Numbered from the whole stretch's first letter, positions 1 to 12,560 are shown. The stretch: 63,981 nt of DNA, filler included, from Octopus bimaculoides (GCF_001194135.2; 7 parts of 6 records of this genome joined end to end with filler, not necessarily neighbours in it); one strand, 5' to 3'. The notes: generated by a model not told the origin, from the sequence alone. Made by a program: numbers and translations.

Positions 1-240
1 GGCCTCGTTGAAAACCTTAGCCATATTCGTTTTAAAGAATATGGCTAGGAACGAGGAAGATATGTTTGAATTTTTGGAAATAAGGCTCTAAATAGAGCTA
101 TTTCCGATTTGAAAAATATATGTTCACGAAGTATTTTGTGTTATACACAACTTATACAAAATTTTAAAACAAAATAGGTCTTTTAAGAGGTGAAAAATGC
201 AACTTACATGGGAGCCGATGTGTCTACCGTCCGTCCATGA

Positions 241-241
241 T

Positions 242-296
<55 letters not shown>

Positions 297-306
297 GGAT
301 TGATAG
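241..306. repeat. (GATA)n microsatellite
   Basis: Direct reading. Similar GATA/TCTA tracts at about 2560-2740, 4484-4512, 9062-9150, 20860-20899, 28628-28705, 37920-38000, 56160-56225 and 60295-60415. Confidence 0.97.
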
Positions 307-769
307 ATATATGGTGAACTTCTCCCCGTTTCTCTCAACAAAATTCCACTCACAAGGTACTTGTCCACCTGTAGCTATATTCAAAGAACCAGCTAACAGT
401 ATCAATGCAGGGAGAATGAGGCATAAACTCTGATTATGAAATAAGTTTCCTGAGCACATGGTCATGCTGGAGCAATGATTTCAACACACACAAACATCCA
501 AATATATCACCACCATCTCTCTTGCATTTTCATTTCTATGTCTCTTTCTAAGTCTCTCTTTCTTGCTCTTTATTTCCACCTGGCATATCGTTATATCTCT
601 TCTGAAGTGAAACACCTATATATCTATACCTGTATTATTCTCTTAACCTCTCATCAAATGACACAACATCTCCTTCCTCAATACTACTTCTGCTATTCAA
701 GTGGACTCTGTCTTGCAAGTGACTTGGTAATGTCACTGGTGCTAGTACCACAAAAATGCACCCAATTCA

Positions 770-1035
770 CTCTGTGGTTCACCAAGTGGTTGGTGTTAGG
801 AAGGGCATCCAGCTGTAGAAATCATGCCAAGACAGGCAAAACAGTTTGGCACAGTCCTCTGGCTTGTCAGCTCTTGTCAAACTGTCCAACCCATTCAAGC
901 ATAAAAAGTAGATGTTAAATGACGATGATGATGATGACGATGATGACTATGATGGTGATGATGATGAGGACCACAATGACAACAACGACAGCGATGATGA
1001 TGATCATCATCATAATCATGATCATGATGCTGACA
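770..1035 (+). mobile_element. Degenerate RTE-type 3' end (LINE or partner SINE) with expanded (GAT/GAC)n tail
   Basis: GTGGTTGGTGTTAGGAAGGGCATCCAGCTGTAGAAA...TCCAACCCAT...GTTAAATGACGATGATG matches the copies at 11398-11660, 13918-14050 and 2295-2370. Confidence 0.75.
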
Positions 1036-1729
1036 ACAATGATATGGTATTTATTTATCCGCTACTTATTTTCAACCTTCTGGCTGCAGCCATGAAGGGG
1101 TAAGGCTTCAAAACTTTGGTTGATCACAATATTGATTTCTAATCTGATACTTATCTTTATCGATCTTTATTTCTTGAACAATTTACAGATCATAAAACAT
1201 ACACAACATAAATAACATAGGTTTTTCTTTTTTTTTTTTTAAACTGAGGTAAACCTAAATATAGATACGTATACAGACAGAGACAAATATACATATACAT
1301 TTATTCATTTTGCATCCATTTTCTATGCTAGCATGGGTTAGATGGGTATTATTTGAGGCAGAATTTTACAAAGAAATGCCCTCTCAGCTACCAATCTTTT
1401 CCTGTCACAAATCAAGTGTTTTTTTTTCTTTAGAAGCCTCCAAAAGACAGAGCAACAAGGAATGACCAACATCAACATCATTTTACTCAGAGACAAGCAT
1501 TGAATATGATCATTCACACACTAGCTGACACTTATCCAATGTGCCTTGCAGAGGGACTGAACCCAAGTCTATGTGGTTGACAAATGAACTTGTTAACTAA
1601 TATGCATAGATATATCCATATATAGGTACAAATGAAATGAACATTTATTTTTGAATGCAGAGACACCATTAGATCAGCCAAAGCATTGGGCAAATTACCT
1701 TTACAAAGCAGAAAACATTGTCAACAACC

Positions 1730-1769
<40 letters not shown>

Positions 1770-1789
1770 ATATCCTTTGTTTATCTTTT

Positions 1790-1990
1790 TATCTTTTACT
1801 TGTTTCAGTCATTAGACTGTGGCAATGCTGGAGCAATGCTTCGAAAGATTTTAGTTGAATGAAGCAACCTGGTACTTATTCTATTATTCTCTTTTGCCAG
1901 ACTGCTATGTTAGACACATAAACACCAGTGGTGTGTTTACGTCCCCGTAACTTGGTGTCAAGCAGTGATGGGGGAACAAACACAGCTACA
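1790..1990. mobile_element. SINE-like repeat family B (CATGCTGGAGCACC / TACTTATTCTAT / AAACACACC core)
   Basis: Shares blocks with 3995-4190, 41617-41740, 46235-46330, 59443-59662, 60850-60990 and 62390-62550. Confidence 0.7.
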
Positions 1991-2132
1991 AGGACACACA
2001 CACGCACACATACACACACATATATGCACATAATATATGCATATTGACAATGGGCTTCTTTCAGTTTCTTTCTACATGTGTGTATATGCACACACACACA
2101 CACACACACAAACAAGCACACACACAAACACG

Positions 2133-2167
<35 letters not shown>

Positions 2168-2294
2168 GTCTCAACACTATTCATTTGTAATAACAAAATA
2201 TAAACTCCTATTGGAAAGTACCTCCTGCAAAATTGCTGCTCTTATGGTAAAGTTTGAAACCGTTATAACTAAATATAAAAAAAAAACATTACTA

Positions 2295-2370
2295 TCATCA
2301 TCATCATCATCATCATCATAGTTTAACGTCCGTTTTCCATGCTGGCATGGGTTGGAAGGTTGGGTGGCAA
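2295..2370 (-). mobile_element. RTE-type 3' tail with (GAT)n, abutting the U2 copy
   Basis: Minus strand TCCAACCCATGCCAGCATGGAAAACGGACGTTAAACTATGATGATG. The same terminus is seen at 11398, 13918 and 63940. Confidence 0.85.
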
Positions 2371-2553
2371 ATGGGCTGAATCCTGGAAGCACTGCAATAC
2401 CAGGCCAACCCGTGGCAAAGGTGGAGCAAGCCTCTAACACTTCGCCTTGTTCTAAAAATCAGTTTAATATTGATGGCCCTAAATAGGGACCGTATCAGAT
2501 ATTAAGCTGATAAGAACAGATACTACACTTTGATCTTAGCCAAAAGGCCGAGA
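2371..2553 (-). ncRNA. U2: U2 spliceosomal snRNA, near full-length copy lacking about 6 nt at the 5' end; probably a retrocopy or pseudogene
   Basis: Minus strand TCTCGGCCTTTTGGCTAAGATCAAAGTGTAGTATCTGTTCTTATCAGCTTAATATCTGATAC...TTAAACTGATTTTTAG...GCTTGCTCCACCT...GGGTTGGCCTGGTATTGCAGTGC...CAGCCC. It has stem I, the GUAGUA branch-point pairing box, stems IIa/IIb, an Sm-like site and the stem IV AUUGCAGU loop. The upstream flank is microsatellite and no promoter is recognisable. Confidence 0.93.
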
Positions 2554-2659
2554 TGGAACAGATAGATAGATAGATATAAATATAGATAGATAAATAGACA
2601 GATATAAATAGATAGATATAGATAGATAGATAGGTAGATAAATGGATACAGATATAGAT

Positions 2660-2703
<44 letters not shown>

Positions 2704-2762
2704 ATAGACGGATAGATAAATAAACAGAGAGATAGATAGATAATTCACATATATATGATAGA

Positions 2763-3145
2763 TTGTTGGCACTCCATCGCTTACGACGTCGAGGGTTCCA
2801 GTTGGTCCGATCAATGGAACAGCCTGCTCGTGAAATTAACGTGCAAGTGGCTGAGCACTCCACAGACATGTGTACTCTTAACATAGTTCTCAGGGATATT
2901 CAGTGTGACACAGTGGGACAAGGCTGGCCCTTTGAATTACAGGTACAACAGAAACAGGAAGAAAGAGTGAGAGAAAGTTGTGGTGAAAGAGTACAGCAGG
3001 GTTCGCCACCATCCCCTGCCGGAGCTTCATGGAGCTTTAGGCGTTTTCACTCAATAAACACTCACAACGCCCGGACTGGGAATCATAACCGCGATTCTAT
3101 AACTGCGAGTCCGCTGCCCAAACCACCGGGCCATTGCACCTCCAC
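2763..3145 (-). mobile_element. tRNA-derived SINE (family C), well preserved
   Basis: Head GTGGAGGTGCAATGGCCCGGTGG (A box) and GGTTATGATTCCC (B box). The 3' block GAGAACTATGTTAAG...GTGCTCAGCCACTTGCACGTTAATTTCACGAGCAGGCTGTTCC recurs at 55446-55631. Confidence 0.85.
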
Positions 3146-3344
3146 TTATATGAGAGATATGCATATGCTTATGTGTACATGTGCGTTGGCATTTATGTGT
3201 GTGTATGCATGTGTTTGAGTGTGTGTGTGTGAGTATGTGTGTGTTTGTGTGAGTGTGTATGTGTATGTTTGTGTGTGTGTCTGTATGCCCCAAAACATTC
3301 TGTCGGTAGATTCTTTTAAATTTTGAAAATAAAATGTATTTCAA

Positions 3345-3910
3345 TAAACATCGACATTATAATCATCTAATGTGTGTATATATTTTGGTGGCGTCAAATT
3401 TTTATATCTGATAGCATTTCCAATATCATTTATGTAAATAATAAGTGGAAATGGATTTAATACAGTACCCTGGGGGTGAAGGGGAGCAATGCTGATGATT
3501 GTTGCTGGTCCACCAAATTTATCTACATTTTTGTTAATTCCATTTATCTTTCTACTAACTGATTCTCTCTTTCTTTCTCCCCCTCTCTCTCCGTCTTTCT
3601 CTCTCTCTCTCTCAGGAGCCAGCAAGTATTTTTGTTGTTGAGTCATGCTAGGTTATGATTAGCATATATGTGAATGAGAGTGATCTCAGCAAGCTGGCAA
3701 GTCACTTTATTACAGGAGAGACTGAGTGTGAAGGACCAGCTCACAATTTATAGGTCGTATGTTATTGTACTCTCGCTTGTTTATATAAGTTCATGTTGTT
3801 AAATGGTTTCACTGAGACCAGTAATTTTAGCCTAATTGTAAGAAATTTGAAGATAAGGCTACAAAGTACTATACCATGGTCTGTTAGGAAGGCTTTTATC
3901 CACAATATTA
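3345..3910 (-). mobile_element. Degenerate LINE reverse-transcriptase fragment (CR1/L2-like)
   Basis: Minus-strand motifs WIKAFLT (3882-3902) and PQGTVLNPFPLIIYINDI (about 3421-3475), typical of CR1/L2/Jockey-type RT. Confidence 0.75.
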
Positions 3911-3994
3911 TGAAGAGTGCTAGCAAGGTTGTTTAACACTACGTCCAAGATACATTTGGTACTTGGTGGGACAGGAAAAATATTCTTTTTTACA

Positions 3995-4190
3995 TTCTTC
4001 AGTCATTTGACTATGACCATGCTGGAGCACCACTTTAAAGGGCCTTTTAGTCAAAGAAATTGACCCCAGGACTTATTCTTTGTAAGCCCAATACTTATTC
4101 TATAAGTCTCTTTTGCTGCACCGTTAAATTAGTGGGGCATAAACACACCGACATCAGTTGTTAAGCGATGGTGGAGAGACATACACAAAA
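3995..4190. mobile_element. SINE-like repeat family B
   Basis: CAGTCATTTGACTATGACCATGCTGGAGCACC...TTGACCCCAGGACTTATTCTTTGTAAGCC...AAACACACCGACATC. Confidence 0.75.
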
Positions 4191-4219
4191 ACAAAGACAC
4201 ATGCATAAATATGTACATA

Positions 4220-4254
<35 letters not shown>

Positions 4255-4271
4255 GTGTTAAAACGGGGTTA

Positions 4272-4450
4272 GCTGATGAAGGAAAATGTTCTTTATGTGG
4301 CTTGTGTGTTTTCTGTACTCTGATTATCATTATTTTCTTGTCTACGTTTTGTTTGCAATGTCCTGTACCCAGATATGCATCTATACATACAGATGGATGT
4401 CGGTATGCACATACCTGTACGTATATATGCATACACTCATTTATTATTTG
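4272..4450 (+). repeat. Dispersed repeat starting GCTGATGAAGGAAA; second copy at 8075-8248; possibly a Penelope-type terminal fragment
   Basis: The two in-window copies share CTGATGAAGGAAA..TTCT.TATGTGGC.TGTGTGTTTTCTGTACTCTG and GTCCTGTACCCAGATATGCATCTATA. Confidence 0.7.
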
Positions 4451-4482
4451 TTTTTATATATATTTATATATATATATATAAT

Positions 4483-4513
<31 letters not shown>

Positions 4514-4805
4514 CATACATACATACATACATACATACATACATACATACAGACAGACACAGGGTGATAANNNNNNNNNNNNNNNNNNNNNNNNNNNNNN
4601 NNNNNNNNNNNNNNNNNNNNNNNNNNNNNNNNNNNNNNNNNNNNNNNNNNNNNNNNNNNNNNNNNNNNNNNNNNNNNNNNNNNNNNNNNNNNNNNNNNNN
4701 NNNNNNNNNNNNNNNNNNNNNNNNNNNNNNNNNNNNNNNNNNNNNNNNNNNNNNNNNNNNNNNNNNNNNNNNNNNNNNNNNNNNNNNNNNNTATATATAT
4801 ATATA

Positions 4806-4960
4806 CTATGGACTTCCTTAAGTTTCCGTCTATCAAATCCACTCACAAGGTTTTGATTGGCCTGAGGCTTTTGTAGAAGACAGTTGGCCAAGGTGCCACA
4901 CAATCGAACTGAACCCAGAACCATTTGGTTGAGAAGCAAGGTTCTTACCATACAGCCATG
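4806..4960 (-). mobile_element. tRNA-derived CORE-like SINE (family A), decayed
   Basis: Aligns with the clean copy at 54465-54629, with several CpG-to-TpG/CpA changes. Confidence 0.8.
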
Positions 4961-5972
4961 TGAAGATGGATGATATGCAACTAAATATTTTTCACAGCAT
5001 GCTAACGATTCTGCCGGGTAACCACCTTATGTATCATTATTACATTGCCAGATTAGCATTGTTGGATAAAACATATGAAATTCTGGATGCTCTCTTGGAA
5101 GAAGTGTACACCTGTACATGATCAAATAGACTCCGATGAATTTGCCATGAGGAGTGGAAAATCCAGAGATTTGAACACAGTAATTCTTCAGGGGATAAAA
5201 AGGTGAAAGGGGAGAAATTAATGAGGGAACAGCAGAGTTTTACATCTAAGTTAACAAGCAAAGGAAAAACAATGGCAGCAATTGTTAAGGAATGCTAGAC
5301 CAAGTCAGCTACAGAAATGAACATGAAGTGGTAAGAGAAACTGTGTAAGAAGGAAAAAGGTAAAACTAATGGAGTGTGGAGAAGCAGGTAAAGTAGGAAG
5401 TGAGAAGAGTAAGAATGAGAAAAGAAGGGAATTGGAAGATAAAAAAGGGTCTCCTTCTTGCACTCTTTCCCCAAATACTGCATGTGGTGCATGGTTGGTG
5501 GGGCATTTTTCCTTTTAAATGAGAGAATGTAAAACTCTCCTGTCTTTCATTAATTTCTGTTTCAACTTTTTCCCTGAAGAATAACTGAATCTGAAATACT
5601 GGACTTTCTATTGCTTGAGGTAAGTTCACTGTACTGCCCATGGCAAGTTCACAGTTAATTTGCTTACGTTCCTGTAGCTTAATGGTTTGGAAATAAACAC
5701 CAACAGAATAAGCACCAGGTTTAAAAAAAATAAATAATGGGGTCAATACATTCAACTAAAGCTTCTAAGGCAGTGCCCCAGCATGGCCACTGTCCAATGA
5801 CCAAAACAAGCAAAAGAAATAAATATATATATCATCATCACCATCATTTAACATCCGTTTTCCACATAAATAAAAATATATTCATGTATATGTTATATAT
5901 ATTTTGCTGTGTTTTGGGAGCATCATTACATCAATAATAATAAATACAGAAACAAAATATGTTTTATATATA

Positions 5973-7287
5973 CAAAGTGGGGAAGACAGGATGAACGTTT
6001 TTGAAAAATTCACAAAATCATTAATTTTAGCTGCAAACAAATTTTATTGACATTAATGTATTTGTATTGAATTAGCATTTGTCATAATCAAATGTGGAAG
6101 ACATCCATCATATGGTGTCCATTTTCATTGATGCATTTCTGAAGGCATTCTTGGAAGTTGGCCTCCACTCTGTTGATCTGGGTGACTTCCACGTGAATAG
6201 TTTCCTTCAAATTGTCCATTGTACAGGGCTTATGCACATACACATTTACCTTGAGGTTTCTCCACAAGAAATAATCACATGTGGACAAATCAGGACACTG
6301 GGGAGGCCAAGGAATGTCAGCAAACCTGGAAATGAGGTGGTCACTGAAGAGAGGGTGAAGAACGTCCATTGATGCTCTGACTGTGTGGACTGTTGTCCCA
6401 TTCTTCACAAACCACACACGTTGAACAGGCATATGTTTTCATCATAATTCAGGCACAAAGAAGTTGTTCAACATCTCGATGTAACACTCGTAGTTCACAG
6501 TAACAGCATTTCAGTTATTGACTTCAAGAGCAGTAAGGACCAACGATGGTAGCTTTTCCAACAGCACACCAGGCCATCACTTTGGGCTGTTCAGTGGTCT
6601 TTCATGCAGTTCTCTGGGATTTTCAGGAGCCCAATAATGACAGTTCTGTTGATTCACCATGCCAGTGAGATGAAGATGAGCTTCATCAATCATTAACAAA
6701 ATGAGTTTGTCATTTGCCTCAAAAATTGCTTCCATCTGACATGCGAAGTTAAGCTGCTGTGCATAGTGTCATGGTTTCAACTATTGCCCAGTGACCAATT
6801 TGTATGGGTGGAAATGCAGATCTTCATGCAAAACACACCTTACTGATTGATTACCGATGCCAGGTTCAGAGGAATATATCTGAGCAGAGCAATTCAAACT
6901 CAAAGCTTGTCTGACATGTTCCACATTTTCTGGGGTCTGTACCATTTGTGGTGCTCCCACCAGCTTCCTGTTCATTAGTATACCTCGTATATGAAGTACA
7001 TTCACCCAACGTAAAATTGTGTTTCAGGTGGGATCAGCCTAATTTTAATGAATGTTGAAGTGGCACCAAAACTCACTTTGAACTGCAGTGACAGACTCAT
7101 TATTCTTTATGTAACTGTCGTAGGCAAATACGTGTTGCTCTATCATCCACAGGACCATGGCTTCTCTAGAAAACTAAAAATATGCTAAGAAACCATGGAC
7201 TAAATGGTACCTGTTGGATATATGTCCCTCCTGCTGGGACTGAGTAATAGCCATTTCAAAAACTTCAGTCCTCTCTGCCCCACCATA
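5973..7287 (-). mobile_element. Full-length decayed Tc1/mariner element (DD37D/DD41D maT/rosa-like), about 1.3 kb
   Basis: Imperfect TIRs GTGGGG.AGA.AGGA.....GTTTTTGAAA at 5973-6006 and 7254-7287, flanked by TA. Transposase relics WPPQCPDLSTCDYFLW (ORF 6088-6432) and TPENVEHVRQA...LHEDLHFHPYKL (ORF 6781-7005). Confidence 0.9.
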
Positions 7288-7295
7288 TATATATA

Positions 7296-7455
7296 TGTAA
7301 TATAATATGTGACAATTATTCGGTTGCCATAATAGAACTCCAAGTTTCAGATGTCGGGGCGGCAAATCTGCTCCGGCATCTTGTCAGTTCTTAAGACAAT
7401 CAAAAAATGCATTTTCTATTATGGCAACCGAAGAATTGTCACATATTATATTACA
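7296..7455. mobile_element. MITE-like element with 42-bp terminal inverted repeats
   Basis: TGTAATATAATATGTGACAATTATTCGGTTGCCATAATAGAA (7296-7337) matches the reverse complement of 7414-7455 at 41/42 positions. A related end lies at about 24840-24925. Confidence 0.85.
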
Positions 7456-7540
7456 GATAAATTACTCTATTTACATAATATCAAGGTCTCATCCATTCTT
7501 TTGTTGTCATACCATTATTATTAATACATATAGAGAGATT

Positions 7541-7586
<46 letters not shown>

Positions 7587-8074
7587 NNNNNNNNNNNNNN
7601 NNNNNNNNNNNNNNNNNNNNNNNNNNNNNNNNNNNNNNNNNNNNNNNNNNNNNNNNNNNNNNNNNNNNNNNNNNNNNNNNNNNNNNNNNNNNNNNNNNNN
7701 NNNNNNNNNNNNNNNNNNNNNNNNNNNNNNNNNNNNNNNNNNNNNNNNNNNTATATATATATATGTATGTATGTATGTATACATGCGTACTTACATGCAT
7801 ACATGGTTAGTAAGATAGATGAGCATATATAGGTATATATATGTAGTACACATCTTTAACAATTATACATCCGCTGCATCAGAAATCTGCAATGGCTGCA
7901 TAACTACCAGTTAAGCTATAACCTTGGAGCCCTAGTAATCTGTTATAGCACTTCCCTAGTGTAACTAATTGCTTAGACCGCCTGTGAACTAAACCCCCAT
8001 ACTTTGTATATATATATATATATATATATGTCCTGTCCTAACTCTTTGAAACACTTACTTTTAGAATGGTGGCA

Positions 8075-8248
8075 GCTGATGAAGGAAACATTCTCTATGT
8101 GGCCTGTGTGTTTTCTGTACTCTGTTTATCATTTTGCCTAAGTATTTTGTGCAACGTCCTGTACCCAGATATGCATCTATATATACATGTAGATGTAGGT
8201 ATGTACATATATGTATGTATATATATGCATATACTCATTTATTATTTG
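8075..8248 (+). repeat. Second copy of the 4272-4450 repeat
   Basis: In-window similarity to 4272-4450. Confidence 0.7.
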
Positions 8249-8473
8249 TATTACATATATATATATATTTATAGCTCAAACTCATAGAAAAACAAAGACA
8301 AAGGCAGGTGTAGGAACAACAAGCAAATGTGTTAGTTTGACACTCGGGGAAAAATGGAAAAGTCTTTTTCATTTCAAACCTATGCTCTTCAACAGAAAGG
8401 AAGAAGAGGAAATGAATAGAGAAAGAAGGAAAAGATGTGTTGAGTCCAGTGGTCCAAAATGATGAATATGCAA

Positions 8474-8536
<63 letters not shown>

Positions 8537-8802
8537 CAGAGAGAGAAAGAGACAAGTAGACTGGCAGACAAACAGACAGACAGACGGAAAGAAGTCAGAC
8601 AGACAGTCAGAGATAGTGAAATAGAGAGGTAGAAATGCATATACATGAGATGGTATATATGTAATCTTATGAATGTGTGGGTGTGTATATAATATATATG
8701 CATGTGTATATAAAGGGATATGTATGTATATGTGCGTGCACGAGTATGTGCACACGCATGCGCACACACACACACATGCGCACACGTGTGTGTGCGTACA
8801 CA

Positions 8803-8854
<52 letters not shown>

Positions 8855-9060
8855 ATACAGCATGTTAAGAAATTATTTACTTTAAGCACACACAGAGAAT
8901 ATTCAGACATCCTTTTGATATATCAAGTTTAGAATTTTAATCAACTATTTATTTTTTAATATATTTTTTATTCATCATTATTATCATTATTTTATTAGTT
9001 TTTTTCTAATAAGTTTCTAAAAATTTTCATCTAAACTTTATGATATATATATATATATAT

Positions 9061-9105
<45 letters not shown>

Positions 9106-9148
9106 CAGATAGACAGATAGATAGATAGATAGATAGATAAATAGATAG

Positions 9149-9196
<48 letters not shown>

Positions 9197-10067
9197 ATAG
9201 TCATATATATATATATATATAGATAGATAGATAGGCAGATAGATAGATACATAAAGAGATAGATACATACATAGATAGATAGAGAGACAGATAAATAGTC
9301 ATATAAATGTATGTATGTATGCATATATATATAAATATGTACGCACACACACACACATTCATATACACACACACATTCATATACACACACACATTTATAC
9401 ACACACATATGTATATACGAAAAAAACAGCGTTTTATCAATATAGTTCATTTAATTTCCTTTCATATATTTACTTTATATTCTTCACGCATTTCGCAATT
9501 TTATTTATTTATTTATTTAAGTGTTTATTTATTTCCTGNNNNNNNNNNNNNNNNNNNNNNNNNNNNNNNNNNNNNNNNNNNNNNNNNNNNNNNNNNNNNN
9601 NNNNNNNNNNNNNNNNNNNNNNNNNNNNNNNNNNNNNNNNNNNNNNNNNNNNNNNNNNNNNNNNNNNNNNNNNNNNNNNNNNNNNNNNNNNNNNNNNNNN
9701 NNNNNNNNNNNNNNNNNNNNNNNNNNNNNNNNNNNNNNNNNNNNNNNNNNNNNNNNNNNNNNNNNNNNNNNNNNNNNNNNNNNNNNNNNNNNNNNNNNNN
9801 NNNNNNNNNNNNNNNNNNNNNNNNNNNNNNNNNNNNNNNNNNNNNNNNNNNNNNNNNNNNNNNNNNNNNNNNNNNNNNNNNNNNNNNNNNNNNNNNNNNN
9901 NNNNNNNNNNNNNNNNNNNNNNNNNNNNNNNNNNNNNNNNNNNNNNNNNNNNNNNNNNNNNNNNNNNNNNNCATATAAATACGCATACATGTCTATATCA
10001 ATATACATATTTCCAAATAAAAATTCACACAACCATGCACATTCACACATGCATCTTTACACAAGTA

Positions 10068-10133
<66 letters not shown>

Positions 10134-10605
10134 TGCATACATACACATTTATGCAAACATAAGTACACATTTATTAACTGAGTGGGTGATGCTGAAATTA
10201 AAATGTTATTACTATTGAGATTGGAAAAGTTTTTTCCTTCTATTTTATTTTTTGTTCTTTCTTTTTCTTAATATCTCTCTCATATCATATCATATCATAT
10301 CATATCATATCATTCCATTTGATATTATTTATATATATTTCCCCATGAAATTGATAGACTATCTCTTTAACACAACACGTTTCGCATTTCAGGGTCAGAC
10401 TTTTTTTTATTAATACTATCATCATTATTTATTATTAGTTTTATATATTTTCATATACATAAATATATATCTATATATCTATATATATTACACACACACA
10501 CACATATACATATATGTATTTATATATATGCACATATATATATGAGTATATATGTGTTTGTCTTCATATATATACATGCATACATACATATATATATTTT
10601 CATAT

Positions 10606-10638
<33 letters not shown>

Positions 10639-11397
10639 NNNNNNNNNNNNNNNNNNNNNNNNNNNNNNNNNNNNNNNNNNNNNNNNNNNNNNNNNNNNNN
10701 NNNNNNNNNNNNNNNNNNNNNNNNNNNNNNNNNNNNNNNNNNNNNNNNNNNNNNNNNNNNNNNNNNNNNNNNNNNNNNNNNNNNNNNNNNNNNNNNNNNN
10801 NNNNNNNNNNNNNNNNNNNNNNNNNNNNNNNNNNNNNNNNNNNNNNNNNNNNNNNNNNNNNNNNNNNNNNNNNNNNNNNNNNNNNNNNNNNNNNNNNNNN
10901 NNNNNNNNNNNNNNNNNNNNNNNNNNNNNNNNNNNNNNNNNACATTATGTTTTTTACATGTACTTGTATGTCAATCTGAGAAGCAATAATAATAAAGAAA
11001 AGAATTATAAAAGGAAAGTAGAAAGATGAAGAAAATGAAAAGATGTAAATGTGAAAGAAGAATTGAAAATGTTTCCCTCAAAATTGAATCCATTTATGTG
11101 AAGATGTAAAAGTTTAGTCACAACTACAAGAGCGACAGAACTTCAAACAAAAAACAACAATTAATGATGTTGTTTCTATTTTTGTCATTGTTGTTGTTGT
11201 TGTTGTTACTGCTGTTTATAATCCACTGAAACTATGTAGAAAATTTAATAATCGTATAAAGATAAACAATTACAGAAGCAATGGCAGCAATAGGAACCAT
11301 AAGAAGAGTAACTACAACTGCGCTAAGCACCTCTAGGTAATGGAAACATATAAAAGTATATCATTATCATAATCATTATCATCATCTTCATCATCAT

Positions 11398-11660
11398 CGT
11401 TTAAATGTGCCTTGTCCATGCTGGCATGGGTTGTATGGTCTGACCAGAGCAAGAAAGCTGAGGGGCTGCACCAGACTCCAATCTGATTTGGCATGGGTTC
11501 TACAGCTGGACGCCCTTCCCAATGCCAACCACTCCGAGAGTGTAATAGCTGCTTTTACATGTTGCCGGTATGGGTGTCAGTCATGTGAACACCAGTGTCT
11601 GCCATGACTATGATTTCACTTGGCTTGATGGGTTTTCTTCTCAACAGATGGGTCTTGCAA
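11398..11660 (-). mobile_element. RTE LINE 3' end fragment with (GAT)n tail
   Basis: Tail and 3' UTR as in other copies. TTCACTTGGCTTGATGGGTTTTCTTCTCA is the decayed reverse complement of the ORF end at 17330-17352. Confidence 0.8.
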
Positions 11661-11710
11661 ACCCACACATCAAATAACACTTGTACGCAAACATGCATGC
11701 ACGTCTGATC

Positions 11711-11768
<58 letters not shown>

Positions 11769-12082
11769 CAAATCACATACACTCATACATATATACAAAC
11801 ATACGTCCAGTCACACATACAGACACATCATGTCATACACAGACACAAATACACCGTTGCACTTACACACACGTCTGGTAATCCATAGATGCAAACATAC
11901 AGCCAGTAACCCATACACATACATTAGGTCATACATAGTTACATACATACATTCCAGTCACACATACATACATACATACTTCAGGTTACAAACCCACGTC
12001 GTTCATGCTTACACACGCACATGCTCTCAAACACATATGCCTGCATCATTTTGCATATACACGCGCACACACACACACACAC

Positions 12083-12211
<129 letters not shown>

Positions 12212-12337
12212 CATATATATATATATATATACACACAAACATCATTTCATACCTGAACACACAAGCACAAATCAGGTAACACTGAAACGCATTAGATCAC
12301 ACATCTACACTGATATCAGCTACTCACACTTACACAG

Positions 12338-12383
<46 letters not shown>

Positions 12384-12459
12384 ACATACACAAACACCCC
12401 GACATCAAGTTACGATTTTACTATGTTTGGTTTGAATTATATAAATTATATATCGTCAC

Positions 12460-12460
12460 T

Positions 12461-12491
<31 letters not shown>

Positions 12492-12560
12492 CCATAATCA
12501 CCATCACGATCATCACCATCACTACCACCACCACCACCACCACCACCTTCATCATCATCC
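12460..12560. repeat. (CAT)n/(CAC)n trinucleotide microsatellite
   Basis: Direct reading. Similar tracts at 12760-13060, 13780-13920 and 15910-16010. Confidence 0.9.

Noticed and set aside
5580-5619. Possible plus-strand exon (ITESEILDFLLLE) with GTAAGT donor
   Set aside because: Overlaps one arm of an inverted repeat, has a weak AAG acceptor and no recognisable homology.
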